Shown here piece after piece: positions 37,013 through 47,833 of a stretch of DNA of 64,000 bases. A program made the position numbers and the translations under genes. This DNA comes from Spirochaetia bacterium. GTDB taxonomy: Bacteria; Spirochaetota; Spirochaetia; SZUA-6; Bin103. The notes beneath the pieces were generated by a model. The model was not told where the DNA came from. It worked only from the letters and a program-made list of their open reading frames with translations, and did not search any database. Position 1 is the first letter of the stretch; each line of letters opens with the position of its first letter. Location: positions 32,001 through 96,000 of the forward strand of contig CBDBOV010000002.1 in NCBI GenBank assembly GCA_965208575.1, written 5' to 3'.

Positions 37013-38530
37013 ATGGCTGGATTGTTGCTGGGCTACGACCTCGGCAGCTCCGCCATCAAGGCGGCGCTGGTGGATGTCGAGAGCGGCCGGGTGGCGGCTC
37101 GGGCCACCTCGCCCGACACCGAACTGGAGATGGCGGCGCCGCGCCCCGGCTGGGCGGAGCAGAACCCCGACGTGTGGTGGCAACACATGGTGGCGGCCAC
37201 CGCGCAGCTCGGCGATGCCCTGCGCGGCACCGGAATGGCGCTTGCCGACGTGCAGGCGGTCGGCGTCGCCTACCAGATGCACGGCCTGGTGCTGACCGAC
37301 GCCGCCGGCGCGGTGCTGCGCCCGGCGATCATCTGGTGCGACAGCCGCGCCGTGGAAATCGGCGACCGGGCGTTCGCCGAGCTGGGGCCGGAGCAGGTCC
37401 TGCGCCGGCTGCTCAACTCGCCGGGCAATTTCACCGCCTCCAAGATGCGCTGGGTGATCGAGAACGAGCCGCGGGTGGCGGCGGCGGCGGCGCACTTCCT
37501 GCTGCCGGGCGACTACATCGCCTGGCGGCTGACCGGCGAGTGGGCCACCACCCCGTCCGGCCTGTCGGAGGGCATCCTGTGGGACTTCGCGCGCTCTCAG
37601 CGCGCCGACTTCCTGCTCGACCATTACGGCATCGACGCGGCGCTGCTGCCGCCGGAGGCGCCCACGTTCTCGGAGCAGGGCGCGCTGACCGGGGCGGCGG
37701 CGGCCGAACTGGGGGTGCCGGCGGGCACGCCGCTCACCTACCGGGGCGGCGATCAGCCCAATAACGCGCTGTCCCTCGGCGTGCTCGAACCGGGCACCGC
37801 GGCCGCCACCGCCGGCACCTCCGGGGTGGTATACGGCGTCGCCGAACGCGCCGACTACGACCCCGCCTCGCGGGTCAACACCTTCGTGCACGTGAACCAC
37901 GAGGCGGGACGCCCGCGCTACGGGGTGCTGCTGTGCCTGAACGGCTGCGGCATCCTGAACAGTTGGCTGCGCCGCGCCTGCGCGGGCGAGCGCGGCTACC
38001 CGGCCATGAACGTTGCCGCCGCAGAGGTGCCGGTGGGCGCGGACGGGGTGGTGCTGCTGCCGTTCGGCAACGGCGCCGAGCGCATGCTCGGCAACCGCGA
38101 TCCGGGCGCGTCGGTGCACGGCCTGCGTTTCAACAGCCACGACGAGCGCCACCTGCTGCGCGCCGGCCAGGAGGGGGTGGCGTTCAGCCTCGCCTACGGC
38201 CTCGAGGTGATGCGCGAGGTGGGCGTGCAAGCCGCCACCGTGCGCGCCGGCGATGCCAACCTGTTTCTGAGCCCGCTGTTCCGCGAGGCGTTCGCCGCCA
38301 CCACCGGCGCCACAATCGAGCTGTACGACACCGACGGCGCCGAGGGCGCGGCGCGCGGCGCGGGGATCGGCGCCGGCATCCACGACTACGACACCGCCTT
38401 CGGCACCATGGGCCGCGTCCTGACCGTAGCGCCGGATGCGGCGTTGCAACCCGCCTACGCGGACGCCTACCGGCACTGGCGCGCCCACCTCGACGCCGCC
38501 CTTGCAGGAGAATGGCGACCCGGTGCCTGA
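37013..38530 (+). CDS. xylB: Xylulokinase / FGGY carbohydrate kinase
   Basis: LGYDLGSS, YQMHG, IWCDSR, GDQPNN, GTSG, PFGNGAER. Confidence 0.88.
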   Translation: MAGLLLGYDLGSSAIKAALVDVESGRVAARATSPDTELEMAAPRPGWAEQNPDVWWQHMVAATAQLGDALRGTGMALADVQAVGVAYQMHGLVLTDAAGAVLRPAIIWCDSRAVEIGDRAFAELGPEQVLRRLLNSPGNFTASKMRWVIENEPRVAAAAAHFLLPGDYIAWRLTGEWATTPSGLSEGILWDFARSQRADFLLDHYGIDAALLPPEAPTFSEQGALTGAAAAELGVPAGTPLTYRGGDQPNNALSLGVLEPGTAAATAGTSGVVYGVAERADYDPASRVNTFVHVNHEAGRPRYGVLLCLNGCGILNSWLRRACAGERGYPAMNVAAAEVPVGADGVVLLPFGNGAERMLGNRDPGASVHGLRFNSHDERHLLRAGQEGVAFSLAYGLEVMREVGVQAATVRAGDANLFLSPLFREAFAATTGATIELYDTDGAEGAARGAGIGAGIHDYDTAFGTMGRVLTVAPDAALQPAYADAYRHWRAHLDAALAGEWRPGA

Positions 38531-38712
38531 TCCTCGGATGTCGATTGGGGACGCCATGACGTTCCACAGTGGCGTGCTGAGCGAACACGGCGCCGCTCCG
38601 CAACTGGAGACCACGGTAGCGATGGTGGAAGTCGAGGTCATGCCGGCCGCAACAGTAGGGGTGCGCTGACTCCTTCGTTGGCACAAGATCGGCGCCCCCG
38701 CCCGGTTGAGCC

Positions 38713-39432
38713 GTGATCGCCACCTATATCAACGCGGCCGCGGTGATCGTCGGCGCGCTGATCGGGCTGCTGCTGCGGCGCGCCATCAGCGACCGGTTTC
38801 GCGACGTGGTGACCAGCGGCATCGGCGTGATCACCCTGGTGCTCGGCTTCCGGCTCGGCTTCGAGTCGCAGCAGATCGTCTACCTGGCGCTGTCGGTGGC
38901 GGTCGGCGGCCTGCTCGGCGAGTGGTGGAAGATCGAGCAGGGCGTGACCGGGCTCGGCGCCGTTCTGCACCGGCTGCTGTGGCGGCGCGAAACGCGAGCG
39001 GCGGCCGCGGCCGACAGCCGGCGCGGGTTTGCGGTCGCCTTCCTGAATGCCTCGGTGCTGTTCTGTGTCGGCGCCATGACCCTGGTCGGCTCGTTTCGCG
39101 CCGGCGTCGAAGGCGACTACGAACTGCTGCTCACCAAGAGCGTGCTCGACGGCTTCATGGCGGTGCTGCTGACCGCGGCGCTGGGTATCGGCGTGGCGTT
39201 CGCCAGCCTGGTGATCCTGGTCTACCAGGGCGGCCTGACCCTGCTCAGCCGCGTCCTGCAGCCGCTGGTCTCCGCCGAGCTGATGGCCGAGCTGAGCGCC
39301 GTGGGCGGCGTGCTGATCGTCATGATCGGCATCAACCTGCTCGGCCTCCGCCAACTCAAGACCGCCAACTTCCTGCCCGCGTTCCCGGTCATGGTCGCCC
39401 TGATGGCCCTCGGTCCGCTCGACTTCCTGTAG
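38713..39432 (+). CDS. DUF554 membrane protein
   Basis: LFCVGAMT, KSVLDG, YQGGLT, ANFLPA. Confidence 0.9.
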   Translation: MIATYINAAAVIVGALIGLLLRRAISDRFRDVVTSGIGVITLVLGFRLGFESQQIVYLALSVAVGGLLGEWWKIEQGVTGLGAVLHRLLWRRETRAAAAADSRRGFAVAFLNASVLFCVGAMTLVGSFRAGVEGDYELLLTKSVLDGFMAVLLTAALGIGVAFASLVILVYQGGLTLLSRVLQPLVSAELMAELSAVGGVLIVMIGINLLGLRQLKTANFLPAFPVMVALMALGPLDFL

Positions 39433-39627
39433 CCCGCAACCTTGGAAATTCGGTCGCTTGACCACTTGCGAACATCGCGCCGTTGGTGGTAGCTTTTGGG
39501 CCGTGTATAAGATCGTTCGTTCCAGAATAGGCCCGCATCGTCTGCCGGTGCCATGCTGCGATTGGCACCTGCGTTCCTTGACGGTGCGTCACCACGGGAA
39601 TAGGTTGCTACCGAGGCGCGGAACCCC

Positions 39628-40320
39628 ATGACGAGCACTCACAAGGCCGACCATCTCGATCCGAAGTCGCTCGTGACGCGCATCATCGCGGAGCTGCAGG
39701 CCAACCCGGAGGCGCAGAGGCTTCTGTTGCGCGCGCTCCTGACCAACGAGTTCCTCGGCATGCCGGCCCGAATGGACCGTATCGAACAGGACATCGCCGA
39801 GCTGAAGATTGACGTGGCCCAACTGAAGGCCGACGTGGCGGAGTTGAAGACCGACGTGGCGGGGCTGAAGACCGACGTCGGATATCTCAAGGGCTCGGAT
39901 CTGGAGATGAAGGTACATCGCCGGATTCAGCCGCTGGTCAGCCAGCGCCTGCAGTTGAGGCGTCCGCGCATCGTGCAGAGCGCGGTCCACCAGGCCGGGG
40001 ATGCGTTCGCGGAACCCCTCGCCGCGGCCGCCGAGGCGGGCGGGATCACCGCCCAACAGGAGTACCGGGTCATGGCCACCGACATCATCCTGCGCGCGCA
40101 ACGGAGCCGCGAGCGAACGCCGGTCTGGGTGGCGATAGAGGTGGCCAACCGGGTGGACGGGGAGGACATCCAGCGCAGCCGGGAGAGCGCGGATGCACTT
40201 GCCGCCGTGTTCGGAGAGGAGGCGGTGGCGCTGGTTGCCGGGTACCGGATCGATGCCGCCGACCGCGACCGGGCCGCCGCCGCCGCGGTGCTCTGCCTGG
40301 AAGTTCCGGAACGGTTCTGA
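39628..40320 (+). CDS. Coiled-coil heptad-repeat protein with degenerate PD-(D/E)XK-like C-terminus
   Basis: [28 protein letters not shown]; TDIIL...VAIEVA. Confidence 0.75.
   Translation: MTSTHKADHLDPKSLVTRIIAELQANPEAQRLLLRALLTNEFLGMPARMDRIEQDIAELKIDVAQLKADVAELKTDVAGLKTDVGYLKGSDLEMKVHRRIQPLVSQRLQLRRPRIVQSAVHQAGDAFAEPLAAAAEAGGITAQQEYRVMATDIILRAQRSRERTPVWVAIEVANRVDGEDIQRSRESADALAAVFGEEAVALVAGYRIDAADRDRAAAAAVLCLEVPERF
39796..39879 (+). repeat. 4 x 21-bp in-frame tandem repeat
   Basis: Units of the form GCnnnnyTGAAGnnnGACGTs. Confidence 0.8.
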
Positions 40321-40466
40321 GCCGGTACGGTCACTCCGTGACAGGGAAGACGATGAAAACCGATGCCCGAGCATCGCCCACCAGCCGGCTTTCTCGGACC
40401 AGCGAAGCGCACGCATCGATGCGGTGTGGCAAGCGCGGAACCTAGCGCCCCGGTGGCGCGGCACCG

Positions 40467-41504
40467 TCAGCGGGATACGTCGATCACTATCTTCAGGGCT
40501 TGGCGTTCTCCCGTGGCGAGGGCGGTCATCATCGCCGGCACCTCGTCGAGGGTGCAGTGGCCCTCGATGAAGCCGGACAACTCGCGGTGCAGGCCGCCGA
40601 GCATCGCCACCGCGTCGGCGAACGCGCGCCGGTCGAAGCCGTAGGTGCCCACCAGGGTCCACTCGTAGCTGATCATGTCCTGCAACGGCAGCGGCACCTC
40701 GTGGGCCAGGTTGCCGATCATCAGCACCGTGCCGCCCTCCGCCACCATGCGTACCGCGCTCACGAAGGAGGCGGCACTGCCCACGGCGTCGACCACCACG
40801 TCCGGCGGCTCGCCGAGCGCCGCCGTAACCGCCGAACGGGTATCCTCCACCGTGGCGCCGGCCGCGATCGGCACCGCCGTCGCTCCGAGCTCCGCCGCGC
40901 GCCGCGCCTTGGCGGCTAGCGTATCCAGGGAGGCGATCCGCTCGGCGCCGCGGGCGCGCGCCACCAGCACCCCGGCCATGCCGATGGTGCCGGCGCCGAG
41001 AATCGCCACCCGGCGCGGCGCCACGTTGCGCGCCTCCAGCCGGTGCCAGCCGTGCAGCACTACCCCCAGCGGCTCGGCCAGGAGGCCGACCTCGCTCGGC
41101 ACGCCGTCGGCGAGCGGAATCAGGTTGGCGGCGGGTACCGCCACGTACTCCGCCATCGCCCCCCGCGTGCCGAGGTTCACGCCGATCAACTGCTTGTTGA
41201 GAAACGACGGATCGCCCTCTTCCGGGCTCGGCGCGTGGTCGGCGATGATATTGTACAGTGCCACCCGGGTGCCCGGTGCGGGTGTGCTCGCGCCCGGCCC
41301 GAGCCGCTCCACGGTGCCGCTGACCTCGTGCCCCATCACCATGCCGGGGGCGCGGCGCCCGCTCTCGCCGGTAAAGCCGTGCACGTCGCTGCCGCAGATG
41401 CCCACCGTGTCGACGCGCAGCAGCGCCTCCCCCTCGCCCGGCTCCGGGGCCGGCAGATCGACCACGCTCATGTCCCACGGACCGTTGTACTGAACCGCCT
41501 TCAT
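40467..41504 (-). CDS. Zn-dependent sugar-alcohol dehydrogenase (MDR)
   Basis: GICGSD, GHE, GAGTIG; structural-Zn Cys lobe absent. Confidence 0.9.
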   Translation of the reverse strand: MKAVQYNGPWDMSVVDLPAPEPGEGEALLRVDTVGICGSDVHGFTGESGRRAPGMVMGHEVSGTVERLGPGASTPAPGTRVALYNIIADHAPSPEEGDPSFLNKQLIGVNLGTRGAMAEYVAVPAANLIPLADGVPSEVGLLAEPLGVVLHGWHRLEARNVAPRRVAILGAGTIGMAGVLVARARGAERIASLDTLAAKARRAAELGATAVPIAAGATVEDTRSAVTAALGEPPDVVVDAVGSAASFVSAVRMVAEGGTVLMIGNLAHEVPLPLQDMISYEWTLVGTYGFDRRAFADAVAMLGGLHRELSGFIEGHCTLDEVPAMMTALATGERQALKIVIDVSR

Positions 41505-41644
41505 CGCCGCCTGAGCATAGCACACGCGCCGCGCGGCGAGGCGGGGAGCTTGGCGGGAGCTGGCGGGAGCGGCGCGCCGGCGTGGCCGCGGTGCCGAAGC
41601 GCTTGGCGGCCGCCGTCGGAGCGCGTAGCCTTGGCTCAGGGATC

Positions 41645-42556
41645 ATGCCGGAACTGCCGTCGGTAACCGTGTACGTGGAGCACCTGCGGCGCCGCACCGT
41701 GGACCGCACGCTGGAGCGCGTGCGCGTCGCCAACCCGTTCGTGCTGCGCTCGGTCGATCCGCCGATCGACGCCGCGCACGGCCGGCGGGTGCAGGCGGTA
41801 AAGCGGCTCGGCAAGCGCATCGTGTTTGGCCTGAGCGGCGACCTGTACCTGGTGATCCACCTGATGGTCGCCGGCCGCCTGCGCTGGCACGACGACAGTG
41901 CGGCGGCGAAGATTCCGCGCAAGGTGGGCCTGGCCGGCTTTCAGTTCGACTCCGGCACCCTGGTGCTCACCGAGGCGGGCAGCAAGCGGCGTGCCTCGGT
42001 GCACCTGGCAGCCGGCGCCGCCGGCCTGGCCGAGCACGAGCGCGGCGGCCTGGAGGTTCTGGAGGCGGACGCGGCGGCGTTCCGGGAGGCGCTGCTGCGC
42101 GAGAACCACACGCTGAAGCGCGCGCTGGCCGATCCGCGCCTGTTCTCGGGCATCGGCAACGCGTTCTCGGACGAGATCCTGCACCGCGCCGGCCTGTCGC
42201 CGCTGCAGCTCACCACGCGCATGAACGACGAGCAGGTGGACACGCTACGAGGTGCCTGCGTGGCGGTGCTCACCGAGTGGGTGGACCTGCTGCGCGCCGA
42301 GAGCGGCGAGGAGTTCCCGAAGAAGGTGACCGCGTTCCACCCCAAGATGGCCGTGCACGGCAAGTACGGCCAGCCGTGCCCGGCGTGCGGCACGCCGGTG
42401 CAGCGCATCAGGTACGCCGCCAACGAGAGCAACTACTGCCCCACGTGCCAGACCGGCGGCAAGCTGCTCGCCGACCGCGCCCTGTCCCGCCTGCTCAAGT
42501 CGGACTGGCCGCGCAGCGTCGACGAATTGGAGGACCTCCGCAAGCCGCGCCCCTGA
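41645..42556 (+). CDS. Fpg/Nei family DNA glycosylase
   Basis: MPELP, HLMVAG, H2TH SGIGNAFSDEIL, CPAC...CPTC zinc finger. Confidence 0.93.
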   Translation: MPELPSVTVYVEHLRRRTVDRTLERVRVANPFVLRSVDPPIDAAHGRRVQAVKRLGKRIVFGLSGDLYLVIHLMVAGRLRWHDDSAAAKIPRKVGLAGFQFDSGTLVLTEAGSKRRASVHLAAGAAGLAEHERGGLEVLEADAAAFREALLRENHTLKRALADPRLFSGIGNAFSDEILHRAGLSPLQLTTRMNDEQVDTLRGACVAVLTEWVDLLRAESGEEFPKKVTAFHPKMAVHGKYGQPCPACGTPVQRIRYAANESNYCPTCQTGGKLLADRALSRLLKSDWPRSVDELEDLRKPRP

Positions 42557-42804
42557 CCGTCGCCCGCGCCGCCCGCCGCCATAGTCGCGTCAGCAGCGTC
42601 CTACGGGGCTGGCGGCGAGGTGTCGGCCAGGCACCCATCCGGGCCGCCCGGACACGCCACGGTGCCGACGTCGACTGCCACTCGCCGGCGCGCGCCTGCC
42701 CCACCCGGCCCTCCGGCCCTCTCGGCCCACATGAAGATTGACGCCCCCGCGCGGCGGGCGTACAGTGCGGAGCCATCCCATCACCGACAAAGGCGGAAAC
42801 ATCC

Positions 42805-44064
42805 ATGATCCCACACGTCCATCAACCCCCGCCGGACGGGGTACTGCTGGAGCAGGAGGAGCGCATCCCGCTGGCCGGCGGCGCGCTCGAGGTCGCAAAG
42901 CCGCCGGCCGGCTACCGCCACCTTCCCGACCTGGGCATCATCGCCTCCGACCGCCTGGACGTGCGCCGCCTGCACGCGTTCCCGCCGCCGAACGACATGA
43001 GCGAGCCGGTGCGCGCCCTGAAGACGCCCGGCGGCGACCTGCTGGCGATCACCCAGTCGGGGTCCGGGCACATGATCAACAACCACGACAAGATCAACGA
43101 GCTGCTCGCCTACCGCTCCGCCGACGGCGGCGCCACCTGGCAGGGCCCGACCCATCCGTGGGAAGTTCCCTACAACCAGCACGGCTTCAACCCGATCGTA
43201 GCGCGCGGCAGCACGCAGATCGTCGCCTTCGGCACCGAGCCGACGCCGGAGCTGTTCCTGCCGCCGCACGACGGCGGCATCGGCGTGCGCCGTTCCGATG
43301 ACGACGGCCACACCTGGAGCGAGGTGGAGATCCTCGACCCGGTCAACAGCCCGGGGTACTGCGGCGTCGGTCACATGCGCGGCTGCGAGATGGACTCGGG
43401 CGCCTGGCTGTTGCCAACCTACAGCGTGCGCAACCGGACCGACCGGCCGGGCCGCACCGATACCCAGTTCGTCCTGCGCAGCGAGGACCGCGGGGCGAGT
43501 TGGACGCTGATCCCCGGCCCGCACCCGCACGGCTGGCAAACGCAGCCGTGGCAGCGCACCCTGGAGGGCACCATCCTGTCGCTCGGCGGCAGCGACGCGG
43601 TGATGTTCGCGCGCGTGCCGTCGGGGCGCATGTGGGAGTTGCGCAGCGCCGACGACGGGCGCACCTGGAGCGATCCCAAGCCGACCCTGCTGCACCACCC
43701 CGACGCGCCGCCAATGGTGTTCTGGCTCGCCGACGGCAGCACGATGGTGGCGCTGATCCACAACCAGGGTTCGGGCGACTGGCGCGGCCAGGCCGACCGC
43801 CGCGAGTTGTGGGCGTGCCTGTCACGCGACGATGGCCGTTCGTGGAGTCCACCGCGCCTGCTGCTCGCTGACACCACCGTCCCGCGCGCGGCGCCGTCCA
43901 CGCGCGACGCCAAGCGGCGGGTGGAGCTGTCCTACGCCGACCTGGTGCTCGACGGCGACCGCCTGCACCTGTTTCTCGATCACCAGAAACGGCAGATATT
44001 CCACATCATGCTGACGGAAGCCGACCTGAGCGCCGGCGCCACCGAGCAGGACCTGCACGGCTGA
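42805..44064 (+). CDS. BNR/Asp-box sialidase-fold protein
   Basis: Five Asp boxes SADGGATW, SDDDGHTW, SEDRGASW, SADDGRTW, SRDDGRSW. Confidence 0.88.
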   Translation: MIPHVHQPPPDGVLLEQEERIPLAGGALEVAKPPAGYRHLPDLGIIASDRLDVRRLHAFPPPNDMSEPVRALKTPGGDLLAITQSGSGHMINNHDKINELLAYRSADGGATWQGPTHPWEVPYNQHGFNPIVARGSTQIVAFGTEPTPELFLPPHDGGIGVRRSDDDGHTWSEVEILDPVNSPGYCGVGHMRGCEMDSGAWLLPTYSVRNRTDRPGRTDTQFVLRSEDRGASWTLIPGPHPHGWQTQPWQRTLEGTILSLGGSDAVMFARVPSGRMWELRSADDGRTWSDPKPTLLHHPDAPPMVFWLADGSTMVALIHNQGSGDWRGQADRRELWACLSRDDGRSWSPPRLLLADTTVPRAAPSTRDAKRRVELSYADLVLDGDRLHLFLDHQKRQIFHIMLTEADLSAGATEQDLHG

Positions 44065-44176
44065 GCGCGCCCGCCGGCGCGTGCACGGAACTGCCGCGGT
44101 ATCGGCACGGCACGACCGGGCGGCTCGTGTCGGCTGAGCGCGGCGCCGCACCGGCCCGCGCCGTCCGCGGCTTCCG

Positions 44177-45061
44177 TCAGCCCTTGACCGAGCCGATCAG
44201 CACGCCGCGGATGAAGTACTTCTGCGCGAACGGATAGAGAATCACGATCGGCCCGATGCTGATGAAGATCAGCGCCGCCTTCACGGTCTCCTCGGTCACC
44301 GCCGTGTCGGTCTCCAGGTCGACGTCGGTCATCGACATGATCTGCGCCTCCAGCAGCACCCGCCGCAGCAATAGCTGCAGCACGATCTTGGTGTGGTCGG
44401 TGACGTAGATCAGCGCGTCGAACCAGGCGTTCCAGTGCATCACCGCGCCCCACAGCGCCACCGTGGCGATGATCGGCTTGGACAGCGGCAGGATGATGCG
44501 CCACAGGATGACGATCTCGTTGGCGCCGTCGATGTAGGCGGACTCCTCCAGGCTGTCGGGAATCGAGAACATGAAGTTGCGCGCGATCAACAGCGTGTAC
44601 GCCTGCACCAGCACCGGCCAGATCAGCGCCCAGCGGGAGTCGAGCAGCCCCACCGAGCGCACCAGCAGGAAGCGCGGAATCAGCCCGCCGTTGAAGAACA
44701 GCGTGAACACCACCAGGAACGTGAAGGTGCGGATGAACGGCAGGCGGCGCTTGGAGATGGCGTACGCGGCGGCGATCGTCACCAGGGTATTCAGCACCGT
44801 CCCCACCACGGTGCGGAACAGGGTGTTGGCGTAGGCGGTGCCGATGGCGGATTTCTGCAGCACGGTCTCGTATGCGGTGATCGACCATGACACCGGCAGG
44901 AACTGGGCGCGGAACTCGCGCAGGTATACCGACTCCGGGGTGCTGAACGAGTCGACCAGGAGCAGCCAGAACGGCAGCACCACGACCGCCGACACGAGAA
45001 TCAGGACGGTGACGTTGACGGCGTCGAACAGCCGCTCGCCGCGCGTGCGCAGGACGCTCAA
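44177..45061 (-). CDS. Carbohydrate ABC permease
   Basis: EESAYIDGA EAA motif, YPFAQKYF...GSVKG; TTG start overlaps upstream stop. Confidence 0.92.
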   Translation of the reverse strand: MSVLRTRGERLFDAVNVTVLILVSAVVVLPFWLLLVDSFSTPESVYLREFRAQFLPVSWSITAYETVLQKSAIGTAYANTLFRTVVGTVLNTLVTIAAAYAISKRRLPFIRTFTFLVVFTLFFNGGLIPRFLLVRSVGLLDSRWALIWPVLVQAYTLLIARNFMFSIPDSLEESAYIDGANEIVILWRIILPLSKPIIATVALWGAVMHWNAWFDALIYVTDHTKIVLQLLLRRVLLEAQIMSMTDVDLETDTAVTEETVKAALIFISIGPIVILYPFAQKYFIRGVLIGSVKG

Positions 45062-46017
45062 AACCCGAACTCCCGCGCCACGCGCGTGAACCGGTTCACC
45101 ACCAGCAGCAGGATCAGCCCCACCGTGTTGTTGAACAGCCCCACGGCCGCCGCGTAGCTCCAATCCTGCTGGATGATCCCCTTGCGGTAGGTGTAGGTTT
45201 CGATGATGTCGCCGGTGTCGTAGATGGTGGGGTTCTGCAGGTTGAAGATCTGGTCGAAGCCCACCTCCAGCAGGTTGCCGACGCGCAGCAGGAACACGAT
45301 CACCATCACCGGGTACAGCGACGGGATGGTGATGCTCATGGTGCGCTGCAGACGGCTCGCGCCGTCGATCTGGGCGGCTTCGTAGAGTTGCGGATCGATG
45401 CCGGCCAGCGCCGCCAGGTAGATGATCGAGCCCCAGCCGAAGGTCTGCCAGACGTAGCTCATCACCACCACCGCCACGAACCAGTCGGAGTCGGCCATGA
45501 AGTTGTGCGGGCGCCCGCCGGCCGCCTCGACCACCTGGTTGACGATGCCGAGGGAGGGGGACAGCACTTCGTAGACGATGCCGGCCAGCACCACCCAGGA
45601 GATGAAGTGCGGCAGGTAGCTGATCGTCTGCACGCTCTTCTTCAAGCGCACGCCCACCAGCTCGTTGAGCATGATGGCGAACAGGATCGGCGCCGGGAAC
45701 CCGAACAGCAGCTTGAGCACGCTGATCACCACGGTGTTGCGCAGCACCTGCCAGAAGCGCGGCGCCCCGAACATGGCGATGAAGTGCTCGAACCCCACCC
45801 ACTCGCTGGCCCAGATGCCCTTCAGCAGCTTGAAGTCCTTGAAGGCGATCTGGATGCCGTACATCGGGCCGTACTGGAACAGCACGAAGTAGGCCGCCGC
45901 CGGCAGCAGCAGCAGGTAGATCAGCTTGTAGCGGCGCATCAGGCGCCAGCGCGCGCCCCAGTTCACCCGGGCGTGCGTCGGCGCCCCCGCCGCCGGTATC
46001 GCGTCCGGCGATTTCAT
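45058..46017 (-). CDS. Carbohydrate ABC permease (LplB-like)
   Basis: YLPHFISWVV, LYEAAQIDGA, AAAVGLF. Confidence 0.93.
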   Translation of the reverse strand: MKSPDAIPAAGAPTHARVNWGARWRLMRRYKLIYLLLLPAAAYFVLFQYGPMYGIQIAFKDFKLLKGIWASEWVGFEHFIAMFGAPRFWQVLRNTVVISVLKLLFGFPAPILFAIMLNELVGVRLKKSVQTISYLPHFISWVVLAGIVYEVLSPSLGIVNQVVEAAGGRPHNFMADSDWFVAVVVMSYVWQTFGWGSIIYLAALAGIDPQLYEAAQIDGASRLQRTMSITIPSLYPVMVIVFLLRVGNLLEVGFDQIFNLQNPTIYDTGDIIETYTYRKGIIQQDWSYAAAVGLFNNTVGLILLLVVNRFTRVAREFGF

Positions 46018-46081
46018 GCGTGAGTGGTCACCGGCGCCCAAGCCCGCGCATCGGTGTCAGGGTTCGGGCGCCGCCTGGAGC

Positions 46082-47653
46082 TCACTCCATGATGGTGCCG
46101 TCCTGGATGAACTGCTTGGCGGCCGCGGTCATGCGCTCGCCGCCGTTGGCCATCCAGGAATCCACGTAGGCGTCCCACTCGGCGTCGATGTCGATCGCGC
46201 CGGAGATCGCCTTGACGTAGAACTGCACCTCGATGTCGCTCAGGTCGCCGCGCAGCTTGTTGACGTCGGCCGAGAACTCCACCCACGGCCCCTCGTCGAC
46301 CAGCCTGGCAGCCACGCCCGCCTCCACCACGGTCGCCACCTCGCCGGCGATGTTGGTGCGCCACAGCTCGATGGGCCGGTAGTTGTGCATGGCGAACTTG
46401 TACATGCCGGCCTTGGCGTACGCCTCGTTGTTGTGGAACTCTCCGATGCGGCGGATCTCGGTGGGCGACACCCGCTCGGCGTACTTCACCTCCGGGTCGA
46501 AGATGCCCATCGGGCCGACGCGGCTGCGCCAGTGGCGGTCGGGGTCGGTCTCGATCCACTCCAGGATCTGCATGATCTTGACCACCTTCTCGTCGCTGGC
46601 GTCCTTGCCGAACAGGCCGACCGCGGTGGCGGCGCCGTAGGCGGAGGTGTGCGCTCCCGCCGGGCCCTCCGGCTGCGGCAGGTAGATCATCGACACGTCC
46701 GGCATGGTCTTGCGGATCTCGTTGATCGGCGAGCCGGCGCGCTCGCGCAGCCAGGTCCAGTTGCGCTCCACCACGCCGAGCTTGTGGTTGGCCCACTTGG
46801 CGGTCCAGGTGGCGCGGTCCACGGTGAAGCTCTCCGGGTCGATCAGGTCGTCCGCCCACCAGGCCGCGAGCACCTTCAGCGCCTCGCGGTAGCCGGCGCT
46901 GATCATCGACCAGTCGCCGTTGTGGTCCCAGGTGGCGATGCGCACGCCGTGCGCGCCGAACACGTTCGGGAAGCTCGCCGAGGCCACGCTGAGCGAGCTC
47001 AGGCCCTGCTGCGCCCAGCGTGCGTAGCCGTACTGGTCCTTGTTGCCGTTGCCGTCCGGGTCCTCGTTGCGCAGGCTGCGGATCAACTCCTCGAAGTCGG
47101 CCAGGGTCCAGGCGTCGGGCCGCTCGAAGCCGACCGCCGCCGCCCAGTCGTCGCGGATGCCGAGGATGTGCCCGGTGGCGTTGCCGGCCGACACGTTCGG
47201 AATGGCGTACTGCACGCCGTCCACCTGCGTCGACGGCCACGCCTTGCCGGTGTCGTTGGTGTCGACGTAGCGCACGTAGATCGGCATGTGGGTTTCCAGC
47301 CACTCACGCGAGATCGAGCGGATCACGCCGTCCTCGGCGAGCTGCCGCAGGCTGGTGCCGGCCATGCCGCGCCCGATGTCGTAGGCGAAGTCGGGAACCT
47401 CGCCGGCCGCGATGCGCAGCGAGATCTGGTCCCGGTCGCTCCAGTCGATCGGCACCGGCTTCAGGTCGACGTCCGGGAACTGCGCCTCGATCGCCTGCTC
47501 GATGATAGACCCCTCCAGCACCGGGTTGCCGGTCGGATTGACCCCGTGCCAACTGATGACAAGCTGATCCGGCGCGGCCGCCTCGGCTTCGCCGGCCGCA
47601 TGCCCCGACACGGCCGCCGCGACCGCCACGATCACCCCGATCCAAATCCGCAT
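46082..47653 (-). CDS. Extracellular solute-binding protein (carbohydrate ABC)
   Basis: Signal peptide; IAAGEVPD, DPDGNGNKD, WDAYVDSW. Confidence 0.9.
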   Translation of the reverse strand: MRIWIGVIVAVAAAVSGHAAGEAEAAAPDQLVISWHGVNPTGNPVLEGSIIEQAIEAQFPDVDLKPVPIDWSDRDQISLRIAAGEVPDFAYDIGRGMAGTSLRQLAEDGVIRSISREWLETHMPIYVRYVDTNDTGKAWPSTQVDGVQYAIPNVSAGNATGHILGIRDDWAAAVGFERPDAWTLADFEELIRSLRNEDPDGNGNKDQYGYARWAQQGLSSLSVASASFPNVFGAHGVRIATWDHNGDWSMISAGYREALKVLAAWWADDLIDPESFTVDRATWTAKWANHKLGVVERNWTWLRERAGSPINEIRKTMPDVSMIYLPQPEGPAGAHTSAYGAATAVGLFGKDASDEKVVKIMQILEWIETDPDRHWRSRVGPMGIFDPEVKYAERVSPTEIRRIGEFHNNEAYAKAGMYKFAMHNYRPIELWRTNIAGEVATVVEAGVAARLVDEGPWVEFSADVNKLRGDLSDIEVQFYVKAISGAIDIDAEWDAYVDSWMANGGERMTAAAKQFIQDGTIME

Positions 47654-47833
47654 GGTCCTCTCCTTCGCACCTCGCAGCCTTGATTCCGCCGCTCGTGCGT
47701 AACCAGAGATACTGCGCCCCGCCCCGCCCGCTGTCAAGCTCGCGCCGCTCTTGCTCGGCTGCGCTCGCGGCGAGCCATGTGCTGATCTACGCGCCCGGGA
47801 TACCGCTTGGGGCCGGCAGACCGTCCTGCTCGG

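Noticed and set aside
38538-38669. Short ORF after the xylulokinase gene
   Set aside because: 43 codons, no RBS or motif; cannot be supported.
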